Below are positions 12,509 to 24,500 of a stretch of 64,000 bases of DNA, piece after piece. The notes under the pieces were generated by a model. It had not been told where the DNA came from and did not search any database. It was given only the letters and a program-made list of their open reading frames with translations. Each line of letters begins with the position of its first letter. Within the stretch, counting starts at the first letter, position 1. Origin of the DNA: Macrostomum lignano (lineage: Eukaryota); NCBI GenBank assembly GCA_002269645.1, contig NIVC01000424.1, positions 186,001 through 250,000 of the forward strand. The letters run 5' to 3'. Both the position numbers and the translations under genes were made by a program.

Positions 12509-15500
12509 ATGCCAGCTGTGTCCGCTTATCAGCATTCTGCATCGCTTGGTAATATTTCATGTTTGAAATCATTTTATTTTTAGATAGATAGAGAGGGTCG
12601 CTTTCATAGGCCAGAAATTTCATGAACTCGAAATTTCATGAACTCGAAATTTCATGAACTCGAAATTTCATAAGCTCGAAATTTCATGAACTCGAAATTT
12701 CATGAACTCGAAATTTCATGAACTTGAAATTTCATAAACTCGAAATTTCATGAACTCGAAATTTCATGAACTCGAAATTTCATGAACTCGAAATTACATG
12801 AACTCGAAATTTCATAAACTCGAAATTTCATGAACTCGAAATTACATGAACTCGAAATTTCATAAACTCGAAATTTCATAAACTCGAAATTTCATGAACT
12901 CGAAATTACATGAACTCGAAATTTCATGAACTCGAAATTTCATGAACTCGAAATTTCATGAACTCGAAATTTCATGAACTCGAAATTTCATGAACTCGAA
13001 ATTTCATGAACTCGAAATTACATGAACTCGAAATTTCATAAACTCGAAATTTCATGAACTCGAAATTTCATAAACTCGAAATTTCATAAACTCGAAATTT
13101 CATGAACTCGAAATTACATGAACTCGAAATTTCATGAACTCGAAATTACATGAACTCGAAATTTCATAAACTCGAAATTTCATGAACTCGAAATTTCATA
13201 AACTCGAAATTTCATAAGCTCGAAATTTCATGGTCTCGAGATTTCATGAACTCGAAATTTCATGAACTCGAAATTTCATAAACTCGAAATTTCATGAACT
13301 CGAAATTTAAAAGCTCGATTTTCAGAAATCTCAAAATTTAACCCAATTTGAGGTGAAATTTATAAAAATTCTTTCTAGGCATTTTCTATTTTTATTTCCA
13401 GCCGCAGATTTCGAAACTGCGTAATTATGAGCCTTAAAAATAATTAGTAATAGTATAGGTTAATTAGGTAAAATTACGTGTCGTTTTCAAGGCTCGGTAG
13501 GCGTTCAGGTAACTTGCTTACAACTCGAAAAAATGGTGCACGATTTCTCTCTTTTTTTAAAACAAAATTCTTCTGTTGAAATATACTCATATTTCTCTCG
13601 TAGAAATACTCAGAATGCTTCTTTATGAAAGAGCATTACGGTTTTTTCGATTGAACGGAGAAAATACGAGTAATGCATGATAATAGCGTGCTAACATCAA
13701 ATTTAGCCATTTTGAGTAGCAGTACTATCGGAGCAGGCTCAGTGGTTGGGAGAGGCTAGGAGAGAGCGGAAAGAGACTAGGAGAGAGCGGAGAGAGAGAC
13801 TAGGAGTGAGCGGAGAGAGAGACTAGGAGAGAGCGGAGAGAGAGACTAGGAGAGAGCGGAGAGAGAGACTAGGAGAGAGTGTAGAGAGAGAGACTAGGAG
13901 AGAACATGAACGGAGACACAAACTTCAACAAACTTCAATGGCCTATTTTAGACGGTCTGCTCACTCAGGAGAACAGCGAACTCAGGGATCGCGTGGCGGA
14001 CCTTGAGCACCGAGTTCAAGCTCAATCAGACGAGCTCACCTGTCTGAAGTCGTCTCTTTCCGACTGTCTGCGCCGCCTGGCCACCCTGGAGTCGAGCAGA
14101 GGTGGGCCGCACTACCATGTGCCAGTTCATAATTATCACGGGGCTGTGATGCACGCATCGCATTGCTCTACTGAGCTTATGGGTGAGTTGAGTTTGAATC
14201 AGGCAGTGTTGAGCCTTATTCACTCCATTGTGAGATTCTTGATTTTCATTTTTGTCAGTTTTAGCTCGCATAGAGGAAGGGAGATGAGAGGAAGAGAGAT
14301 TTGAATAAATTAAATGAGAGACAGAGAGATTGGAAGAAGAGAGAGGACATCGAGAAGACAAGAGAGATGGGAGGAAGAGAAATGGGAGAGAGAGATGGGA
14401 GGAAGAGAGAAGAGATATATGAGAGGGAGAGAGAAGAGAGATATGAGAGGGAGAGAGAAGAGATATATGAGAGGGAGAGAGAAGAGAGATATGAGAGGGA
14501 GAGATGAGAGAAGATAGTGGAAGAATAACCATTCGTGCTTATGAGTCTAAGCATAGACTACTCCATGCTGTTTAGACACACCACGCACTATCGATGAAAA
14601 CTGCATGTGTAGCAGTTGAATCCTCAGATTTTTAAGTATTCAAAATTGCAACATTTCTACATCAACTGCTGCAGTAACTTAGTCATTGCTGTAAGATTCC
14701 ACTCTCGCTAAACAATTCCAGGTGTTCCCATTTAACTCTAATTTAGCATCAGCGTGCTAAAAAAGCGAGTTTCCTCCCTAGTTACACGAAAATCCCATAT
14801 CATTGTCAGTAGTATACTATTAAAATCGGATCCGTAAATTTGCACGCCGGAATTTACCTGTTCTCAAGGTGTCAAATATGTCATTGTAATACCGGTTTTA
14901 ATACAAAATGCATTTGGCGTGTCTGCAAGGTGATTTATTATCTGAAAGTGGTTAAAAATGCACCTATTATAAATTTTTATGCCTTGATTTTGCTATCTGA
15001 TAGAACCCCAAAATGGATGCCGTTGTTATTGACTCGTCAAATATTAAAACAGACTGGCTATTGGTACGTGAAGTTGTAATTTTATCTCACTATACAAATT
15101 TGCTTGAGCCTGCTAACCTGATTGCTGTTGTTTCGTGTTGCACTAAATCCTGTTACAATATTTTTAACTATATAGCTTCACTAGAAATGAATAACTTCTA
15201 CTGTATTAAAGCTTGTTTCTAGCAATGCTACTACAAGTAGATGGACGTAGCATTTATAATTTATTATTTGCTGTAGTGAGTTAGTCAGTCACGTGCTTTC
15301 ATAGGTGCAAATGCATAGGTGTGTCGCTATTGGACAAAACAGCTGTCACGTGACTACTGGCAGCCAATAGAGATGCAGGAGAAATTTGCCGGGTGATTCT
15401 CAAGGTCGTTCTCAGTCGTGGGGTGGGTTGATTCTAAAAATAGCATAGCTTTAAGCTTATCAGCCAGGGAAAATTTGAACCTATTACCTATTAGCCAATT

Positions 15501-18500
15501 TCCTTAGAAATTAACTACAAGTGTTTCTTTCAGTTTTTTCGTGTTGTAATTACTGCATGATTTTTATTTATTAGTAATGCCTATCGTAACTTAAGCCAGT
15601 TAGCCAATGTACATTAAGAGGATGCACCCAGTCTATCCTAAGCCAATGTACATTAAAAGAATTCCCCTAGTCTATCCTAAGCCAATGTACATTAAAAGGA
15701 TTCCCGCAGTCTATCCAAGCCAATGTACATTCGGATTCTCTTATCAACCCCCCCCCCCCCCCCCCGATTCCGTCTGGCGCAGCCCTGCAGAGTCAGGCTT
15801 CTCCAAACTTCGCGTCCGCCAAGTCGCCTTCGGTGGCGCCGTCTGGTGGCCCATCGTTTTCAAAGAAATCGGCACCAGCGGCCACGGCTGCGGGCGGCGG
15901 CGCCACGCGCGCTTCCGCTGCCGGTCGGCGTACCACGGGCAGCGGCGGAGGCGGCCATACGGTGTCCTACGGACCGCCTCCCGCCAAGCATCCGGCAAGC
16001 CGACAGTCGGCTAAGGAGCAGCCGCTGCATGTTTCTGTGTCTCAGAGTGCCGGGTGAGTGATGGGTACATCTGTAGTCGAAAAATCTTGATTTTCGTTAC
16101 AATTGGCTCCCTCCCCTGGTTTAGGATTTAATTGGAAATGGGGATTTACCTTAAATTTGACCTTGGGAGTCAATCAATGTTAGAGCAGTTTGGGATTCCA
16201 CTTTAGCTATGACCTTGTTGATGTGAGTCAGGCAGTTTGGGATTCTCCTAAGATTTGACCTTGGAAATTAATAGATATAGCAGTTTGGGATTCTCCTTAT
16301 AGTTTGACCATGGAAATTAATCGATATAGTGTAGTTTTCGGATTCTCCTTGGATACGACCTTTAGTAAGACTTATTAGTCACTCAAAACTTTGAATTCCA
16401 CTAATGAGCGACTGATACAATACGACCTTGATTGGTGTTTTCCAATCATTCTTTTCTTTCCATTTTGTCATTTTTATCAGTTGTATTAAGGATTTGATTT
16501 TGTTGCTCAAAATAAAATAAAATAAACTTCAGCCGAAGGCCGATGCTGAAGTCGCTGTCGCTGTATAACATGAGCCCAGTGCAGCAGGCTAAACTGGCTA
16601 ACGAAATTGACTTGGCAGTCTATCGGTAAACAGTCAGATGAGGGCTTTTTAGATTTAAATTGCGCTTGAATTTTTTCTGTCTTACTTAACACTAGAGATT
16701 TTAGCAAAGGCACACCAATTTTCTATGAATCAAACGTGGGCAGAAGGATATTTCTATTTGTAACAAAGCTCTAGAATGCTAGCGGCTGTTTCAATGCAAT
16801 TCTAGTTAGTTAGTCTCGCTTATGGGCCTCTTGGTTGAGCCATTATTTTCTTTTGGTTTCTGTTGTTTATCCTAATTATAGCCATTTTTATTTACGGTTG
16901 GAATTTTAACTCGCCTGTATTTAGACAGCAACAGTAACAGAATGTGCAACAGGCTGTAACAGAATGCGCAACAGGCTGTAACAGAATGTGCAACAGGCTG
17001 TAACAGAATGCGCAACAGGCTGTAACAGAATGTGCAACAGGCTGTAACAGAATGTGCAACAGGCTGTAACAGAATGCGCAACAGGCTGTAACAGAATGCG
17101 CAACAGGCTGTAACAGAATGTGCAACAGGCTGTAACAGAATGCGCAACAGGCTGTAACAGAATGTGCAACAGGCTGTAACAGAATGTGCAACAGGCTGTA
17201 ACAGAATGTGCAACAGGCTGTAACAGAATGTGCAACAGGCTGTAACAGAATGTGCAACAGGCTGTAACAGAATGTGCAACAGGCTGTAACAGAATGTGCA
17301 ACAGGCTGTAACAGAATGTGCAACAGGCTGTAACAGCATGTGCAACAGGCTGTAACAGAATGTGCAACAGGCTGTAACAGAATGTGCAACAGGCTGTAAC
17401 AGAATGTGCAACAGGCTGTAACAGAATGTGCAACAGGCTGTAACAGAATGTGCAACAGGCTGTAACAGCATGTGCAACAGGCTGTAACAGAATGTGCAAC
17501 AGGCTGTAACAGAATGTGCAACAGGCTGTAACAGAATGTGCAACAGGCTGTAACAGAATGTGCAACAGGCTGTAACAGAATGTGCAACAGGCTGTAACAG
17601 AATGTGCAACAGGCTGTAACAGAATGCGCAACAGGCTGTAACAGAATGTGCAACAGGCTGTAACAGAATGCGCAACAGGCTGTAACAGAATGTGCAACAG
17701 GCTGTAACAGAATGCGCAACAGGCTGTAACAGAATGTGCAACAGGCTGTAACAGCATGTGCAACAGGCTGTAACAGAATGTGCAACAGGCTGTAACAGAA
17801 TGTGCAACAGGCTGTAACAGCATGTGCAACAGGCTGTAACAGAATGTGCAACAGGCTGTAACAGAATGTGCAACAGGCTGTAACAGAATGTGCAACAGGC
17901 TGTAACAGAATGTGCAACAGGCTGTAACAGAATGTGCAACAGGCTGTAACAGAATGTGCAACAGGCTGTAACAGAATGTGCAACAGGCTGTAACAGAATG
18001 CGCAACAGGCTGTAACAGAATGTGCAACAGGCTGTAACAGAATGCGCAACAGGCTGTAACAGAATGCGCAACAGGCTGTAACAGAATGCGCAACAGGCTG
18101 TAACAGAATGCGCAACAGGCTGTAACAGAATGTGCAACAGGCTGTAACAGAATGTGCAACAGGCTGTAACAGAATGTGCAACAGGCTGTAACAGAATGTG
18201 CAACAGGCTGTAACAGCATGTGCAACAGGCTGTAACAGAATGTGCAACAGGCTGTAACAGAATGTGCAACAGGCTGTAACAGAATGTGCAACAGGCTGTA
18301 ACAGAATGTGCAACAGGCTGTAACAGAATGTGCAACAGGCTGTAACAGAATGTGCAACAGGCTGTAACAGAATGCGCAACAGGCTGTAACAGAATGTGCA
18401 ACAGGCTGTAACAGAATGCGCAACAGGCTGTAACAGAATGTGCAACAGGCTGTAACAGAATGCGCAACAGGCTGTAACAGAATGTGCAACAGGCTGTAAC

Positions 18501-21500
18501 AGCATGTGCAGCAGGCTGTAACAGAATGTGCAACAGGCTGTAACAGAATGTGCAACAGGCTGTAACAGAATGTGCAACAGGCTGTAACAGAATGTGCAAC
18601 AGGCTGTAACAGAATGTGCAACAGGCTGTAACAGAATGTGCAACAGGCTGTAACAGAATGCGCAACAGGCTGTAACAGAATGTGCAACAGGCTGTAACAG
18701 AATGCGCAACAGGCTGTAACAGAATGTGCAACAGGCTGTAACAGAATGTGCAACAGGCTGTAACAGAATGCGCAACAGGCTGTAACAGAATGTGCAACAG
18801 GCTGTAACAGAATGTGCAACAGGCTGTAACAGAATGTGCAACAGGCTGTAACAGAATGTGCAACAGGCTGTAATAGAATGTTCAACAGGCTGTGACAGCA
18901 TGTGCAACAGGCTGTAACAGAATGTAAAAAAAATACAATAAAATGTACCATGCATATTTTCCTAGTCGTAAAGAGGCTATGGTAGTAATTAAAAGTCGAA
19001 TTTTCCTGTAATATACAATTTCTAAAAAACTTAATGAGCATTTCTTTAACCTTTCCATTTCAGAAACAAGGAACCAGTGTGGGTTAAGGGTGAGTCAATT
19101 CGATTTAAATTTGAGTATTTATTAGTACAATAGTGTTATGCAATAATTGGATACCGGGTCACACACTAAATGAATGTTTGCTATAAACATCGGGAACAAA
19201 ATGTTATATATGACATTAGCAATCACTGTAGAGCATAGATATGATAAAAATGCACTTATAGCTTACCTTGCACCTGTGTACCCCAACCTCTCTGTTTACC
19301 TCTATTTCAGACTTCAATAGACTGGAAAGTACGTTCCTTGCACTTTTATTTTTGTTTGTTTGTTTGTTTATGATTTACGTTCCTTTTTTGTCTTGGCAAA
19401 ATAAAGATGTGCAGTTTCTGAGAAAAATGATAAATTTTGTTATACTTTAATTGGCGATTATTGCAGCTATTGAAGGAAAGCGAGAGTTTGTTGGCCGTCT
19501 GCAAGGTATGGTGCTGCTGTATTTTAACCGGCTGTGTCAGCTGTATGCCTGTCTGTGTCAGTTCTATACCTGTCTGTGTCAGTTGTATTCCTGTCTGTGT
19601 CAGTTCTATTCCTGTCTGTGTCATTTCTATTCCTGTCTGTGTCAGCTGTATTCCTGTCTGTGTCAGTTCTACTCCTGTCTGTGTCAGTTCTATTCCTGTC
19701 TGTCATTTTTATTCCTGTCTCTGTCAGTTCTACTCCTGTCTGTGTCAGTTCTATTCCTGTCTGTGTCAGTTCTACTCCTGTCTGTGTCAGTTCTACTCCT
19801 GTCTGTGTCAGTTCTATTCCTGTCAGTCATTTTTATTCCTGTCTCTGTCAGTTCTTTACCTTTCTGTGTCAGTTCTATGTCATAGAAATAATTAAGTTTA
19901 TCAAGTGTCCCAATTTTAGCTTTTTTCAAAGATTTATCAGATTTTTTGCTCTGCTTTGTTATGATAATGCCATTTTTAACACCCTAAAAACTTTTCTTGG
20001 GCAGTGCAGTTTGTATTGCCATTTTGCATGAAGTAACGCTTCTGAGTTTTCTTTGCTCTTCTGCTCAAATTTTGCTTCCTGCTTGCTGCATGTTTTTGAA
20101 TTTTAAGCAAATTGGCGCTTGTTGTGCTATCTAATTAATGATTTTTAATGAGTTTTGTACCAAAATAACCGACACACAGTGCTTCGGATTCAAATTTTAC
20201 GACTGGTGCTTTCTGCGTATCTCACCTTCTCCTCTGCCCCTCTCTCCTCTACCCCTCTCTCCTCCGCCCCTCTCCCCTCTGCCCCTCTCTCCTCTACCCC
20301 TCTCTCCTCTACCCCTCTCTCCTCTGCCCCTCTCTTCTCTGCCCCTCTCTCCTCTACCCCTCTCTCCTCTGCCCCTCTCTCCTCTACCCCTCTCTCCTCT
20401 GCCCCTCTCTTCTCTGCCCCTCTCTCCTCTACCCCTCTCTCCTCTGCCCCTCTCTCCTCTGCCCCTCTCTCCTCTACCCCTCTCTCCTCTACCCCTCTCT
20501 CCTCTGCCCCTCTCTCCTCTGCCCCTCTCTCCTCTGCCCCTCTCTCCTCTGCCCCTCTCTCCTCTGCCCCTCTCTCCTCTACCCCTCTCTCCTCTGCCCC
20601 TCTCTCCTCTGCCTCTCTCTCCTCTACCCCTCTCCTTCTCTACCCCTCTCTCCTCTACTCCTCTCCTTCTCTACCCCTCTCCTTCTCTACCCCTCTCTCC
20701 TCTGCCCCTCTCTCCTCTGCCCCTCTTTCCTCTACCACTCTCCCTCGAATGATAATGTCGATGCTGTTGTACACCCTGTGTGAGCGAATGCCTTCGTACA
20801 GTATATGCTCAGGGTCTTTTCTTTACACAGTCCATTTTATCTGCCCAAATCAAACCCCACCGTTCTCACCAGAGGAAGGCATCCTGAGAATTTACCTACG
20901 TGGCCGAGCTGTCAATCTCTACGCTCCCAGCGATATTGGCGATCAGCTGTCTGCCAAAGAGATCGGCGAGGCTCCGAACACTCAACTCAAACTCGAGTGG
21001 GTCTACGGCTACAGAGGTCGAGACTGCCGGTCTAACCTTTACCACCTGCCAACTGGGGAGCTGGTCTACTTTGTGGCTAGCGTGGTTGTGCTGCACAATG
21101 TTGAGGAGGGCACCCAGCGCCACTACACGGGGCACAATGACGATGTGAAGTGCTTGGCAGTGCACCCGGATCGAATCACCATGGCCTCTGGTCAGGTTGC
21201 TGGGCACGATAAGAAGCAGGGAAAGGTGAGGATCTGCTTCTTTTGCTGACCTTATGACCTCATCTCTATCCCATACACTAAGGTCTTGACCTCATCTCTA
21301 TCCCGTACATTAAGGTCCTGACCTCATCTCTATCACGAACACTAAGGTCATGACCTCATCTCTATCACGAACACTAGGGTCATGACCTCATCTCTATCAC
21401 GAACACTAGGGTCATGACCTCATCTCTATCACGAACACTAGGGTCATGACCTCATCTCTATCCCGTATACTGAAGGTCATGATCTCATCTCTATCACGAA

Positions 21501-24500
21501 CACTAGGGTCATGATCTCATCTCTATCCCGTACACTGAAGGTCATGACCCCAGCTATATCACGTACACTAAGGTCACGACCCCAGCCATATCACTTACAC
21601 TAAGGTTATGACCTCACCTGTGACCTGCACTCTACCCCCCGCCCCGCAGCCCCACGTCCGCATCTGGAGCAGCGTGGACCTCACCACTCTTCACGTGCTC
21701 GGACTTGGAGACTTCGAGCGCGCGGTCAGCTGCCTCGCCTTTAGCAGAGCAGACGGAGGCACCCACCTGTGCGTGGTTGACGACGCCAATGAGCACGCCA
21801 TCTCCGTGTGGGACTGGAGCCGCGGTCACAAGCTGACGGAAACAAAGACTTCAACTGAACCCGTGCTGGCTTGCGAGTGCCACCCATTGGATGCCGGGGT
21901 TATCATTACCTGCGGCAAGAACCAGCTGGCCTTCTGGACTCTGGAGGGATGTCAGCTGACTAGGAAGAATGGGATTTACGATGTGAGGCCTGGGCACCTG
22001 GGAATCGGTTTATGGATACTGATTGAGCACTTTCAACACTCACCCAATTTTCGTATCCCAGATCCCCATCCCAGATACCCATCACAGATTCCCATCCCAG
22101 ATCCCCATCCCAGATCCACATCCCAGATCCTTATCCCAGATCCACATCCCAGATCCTTATCCCAGATCCCCATTACAGATCCCCATTCCAGATCCCCATC
22201 CCAGATCCTTATCCCAGATCCCCATCCCAGATCCCCATCACAGATCCCCATTCCAGATCCCCATTCCAGATCCCCATCCCGGATCCTTATCCCAGATCCC
22301 CATCACAGATCTCCATTCCAGATCCCCATCCCGGATCCTTATCCCAGATCCCCAATCCAGAATCCCCATCCGAGATCCCCATTCCAGATTCCCATCCCAT
22401 ATCCCCATCCCAGATCCTTAATCCAGAATCCCCATCCCAGATTCCCATCCCAGATCCCCATCCCAGATCCCCAATCCAGAATCCCTATCCCAGATCCCCA
22501 GTCAAGAATCCCCATCCCAGATCCCCAGTCCAGAATCCCCATCCCAGATCCCCGGTCCAGAATCACTATCATGGGATGCTCACTACAAATCCCAAATTGA
22601 TCCCTGAAAGCCCAACAACTCCAAAATCCTTCCAATAACCGAAATCTCCCCTGACGCAGAAGCACGACAAGCCGAAGTTCGTGCTCTGCCTGACATTCTC
22701 CCAAAACGGCGATCTGATCACGGGAGACTCGAACGGCAGCATCCTGGTGTGGCCCCGCGGCTCCAACCGGATTGGCCAGGCCGTGACCGAGGCTCACGAA
22801 GGCGGCATTTTCAGCCTGTGCGCTATGAAAGACGACAAGCTGGTCTCCGGCGGCCGGGACCGCAGGCTGGTGCAGTGGGACTCGGCCTACAATCGGACTG
22901 GGGCCGAGGCTACCGTGCCGGAGCAGTACGGACCGATTCGTACCTTGGCTCAGGTAGCTCAAGTTTGCATTTTGTATTATTGCAGTCTGATGTGTACTTT
23001 TGGTATACGGATGTATTTCATTATGGAATGTACAGTGTTGCTTTTGTACATTCTGTAGTGTTCTCTTAGTTAGTAAATTTTCTAGTGTACTTTTATTTTA
23101 GTACATTTTGCAGTGTACTTTAAGTTTTGGTATATTCTGACGCATACTTTTAGTCTAGTACATTTTTGTAGTGTACTTTTAGCTAAGTACATTTCGTAGT
23201 GTACTTTTAGCTAAATACATTTTTAGTGTACCTTTAGTTCCGTACATCCTGTAGTGTACTTTTACTTTAGTACATTTTGTAGTGTACTTTTAGTTTAGTT
23301 CATCGTGTTGTAATTTTAGTTTAGTGCATTTTTTAGTGTACTTTTAGTTTCGGTACATTTTGTAGTGTTGCAGCTGTACACCCTCTGTGAGCATGTGGTG
23401 TGCGCGCACAAAGATCAGAGGTGTACTGAGCGTGACTGCTTGCCTCCAACCGCCGCCAACCGCAGGGACACGGACGGCTCCGAGCAGATTGAGTGTCTGG
23501 AGTTTTCTCCGGGTGAGACTGGGAGTGGGACTGGGGTGAGACTGGGGTGAGACTGGGGTGAGACTGGGGTGAGATTGAGTTAGACTGGGGTGAGACTGGA
23601 GTGAGGCTGGGATGAGACTGATGTGAGACTGAGGTGAGACTGAGGTGAGACTGGGGTGAGACTGAGGTGAGACTGGGGTGAGACTGGGGTGAGACTGGGG
23701 TGAGACTGGGGTGAGACTGGGGTGAGACTGGGTGAGACTGAGTTAGACTGGGGTGAGACTGGAGTGAGGCTGGGATGAGACTGGTGTGAGACTGGGGTGA
23801 GACTGGGGTGAGATTGGTGTGAGATGCGGTGAGGCTTGGTTGTGCTTCTCAGACTGGCACAGGCTACTTAGACTGGCATAGGTTACTCAGACTGGCACAG
23901 GCTACTTAGACTGGCATAGGTTACTCAGACTGGCATAGGCTACTCAGACTGGCACAGGCTACTCAGACTGGCATAGGCTACTCAGACTGGCACAGGCTAC
24001 TCAGACTGGCATAGGCTACTCAGACTGGCACAGGCTACTCAGACTGGCATAGGCTACTCAGACTGGCACAGGCTACTTAGACTGGCATAGGCTACTCAGA
24101 CTGGCATAGGCTACTCAGACTGGCATACTCAAACGCGCCACCACCAGACGGGTCAATGCTGGCCCTGGGCTCCCGGGACAACAGCATCTACGTGTTCGCC
24201 TGCACCGAGGCCGGGCGCAAGTATTCGAGAATCGGTCGCTGCTGCGGTCACTCGTCCTTCATCACCCACCTGGACTGGTCTGCCGACTGCGTCCACCTGC
24301 GCTCTAACTCGGGCGACTACGAGCTGCTGTTCTGGACTGCCGCCAACTGCCGGCAGGTGAGATGCGGCTCGGGCTGAAGGGCTGACGAGTGACGGCAGCG
24401 AGAGGGGAGTGAAAGAGGGAGAGGGAGAGGGAGAGGGTGGAGAGGGAGAGGGTGGATAGGGAGAGGGTGGAGACGAAGAGGGCGGAGAGGGAGAGGGCAA

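Noticed and set aside
16872-19041. Three 660-700 aa Cys-rich ORFs
   Set aside because: Translations of a 22-bp repeat in all three frames, antisense within an EML intron.
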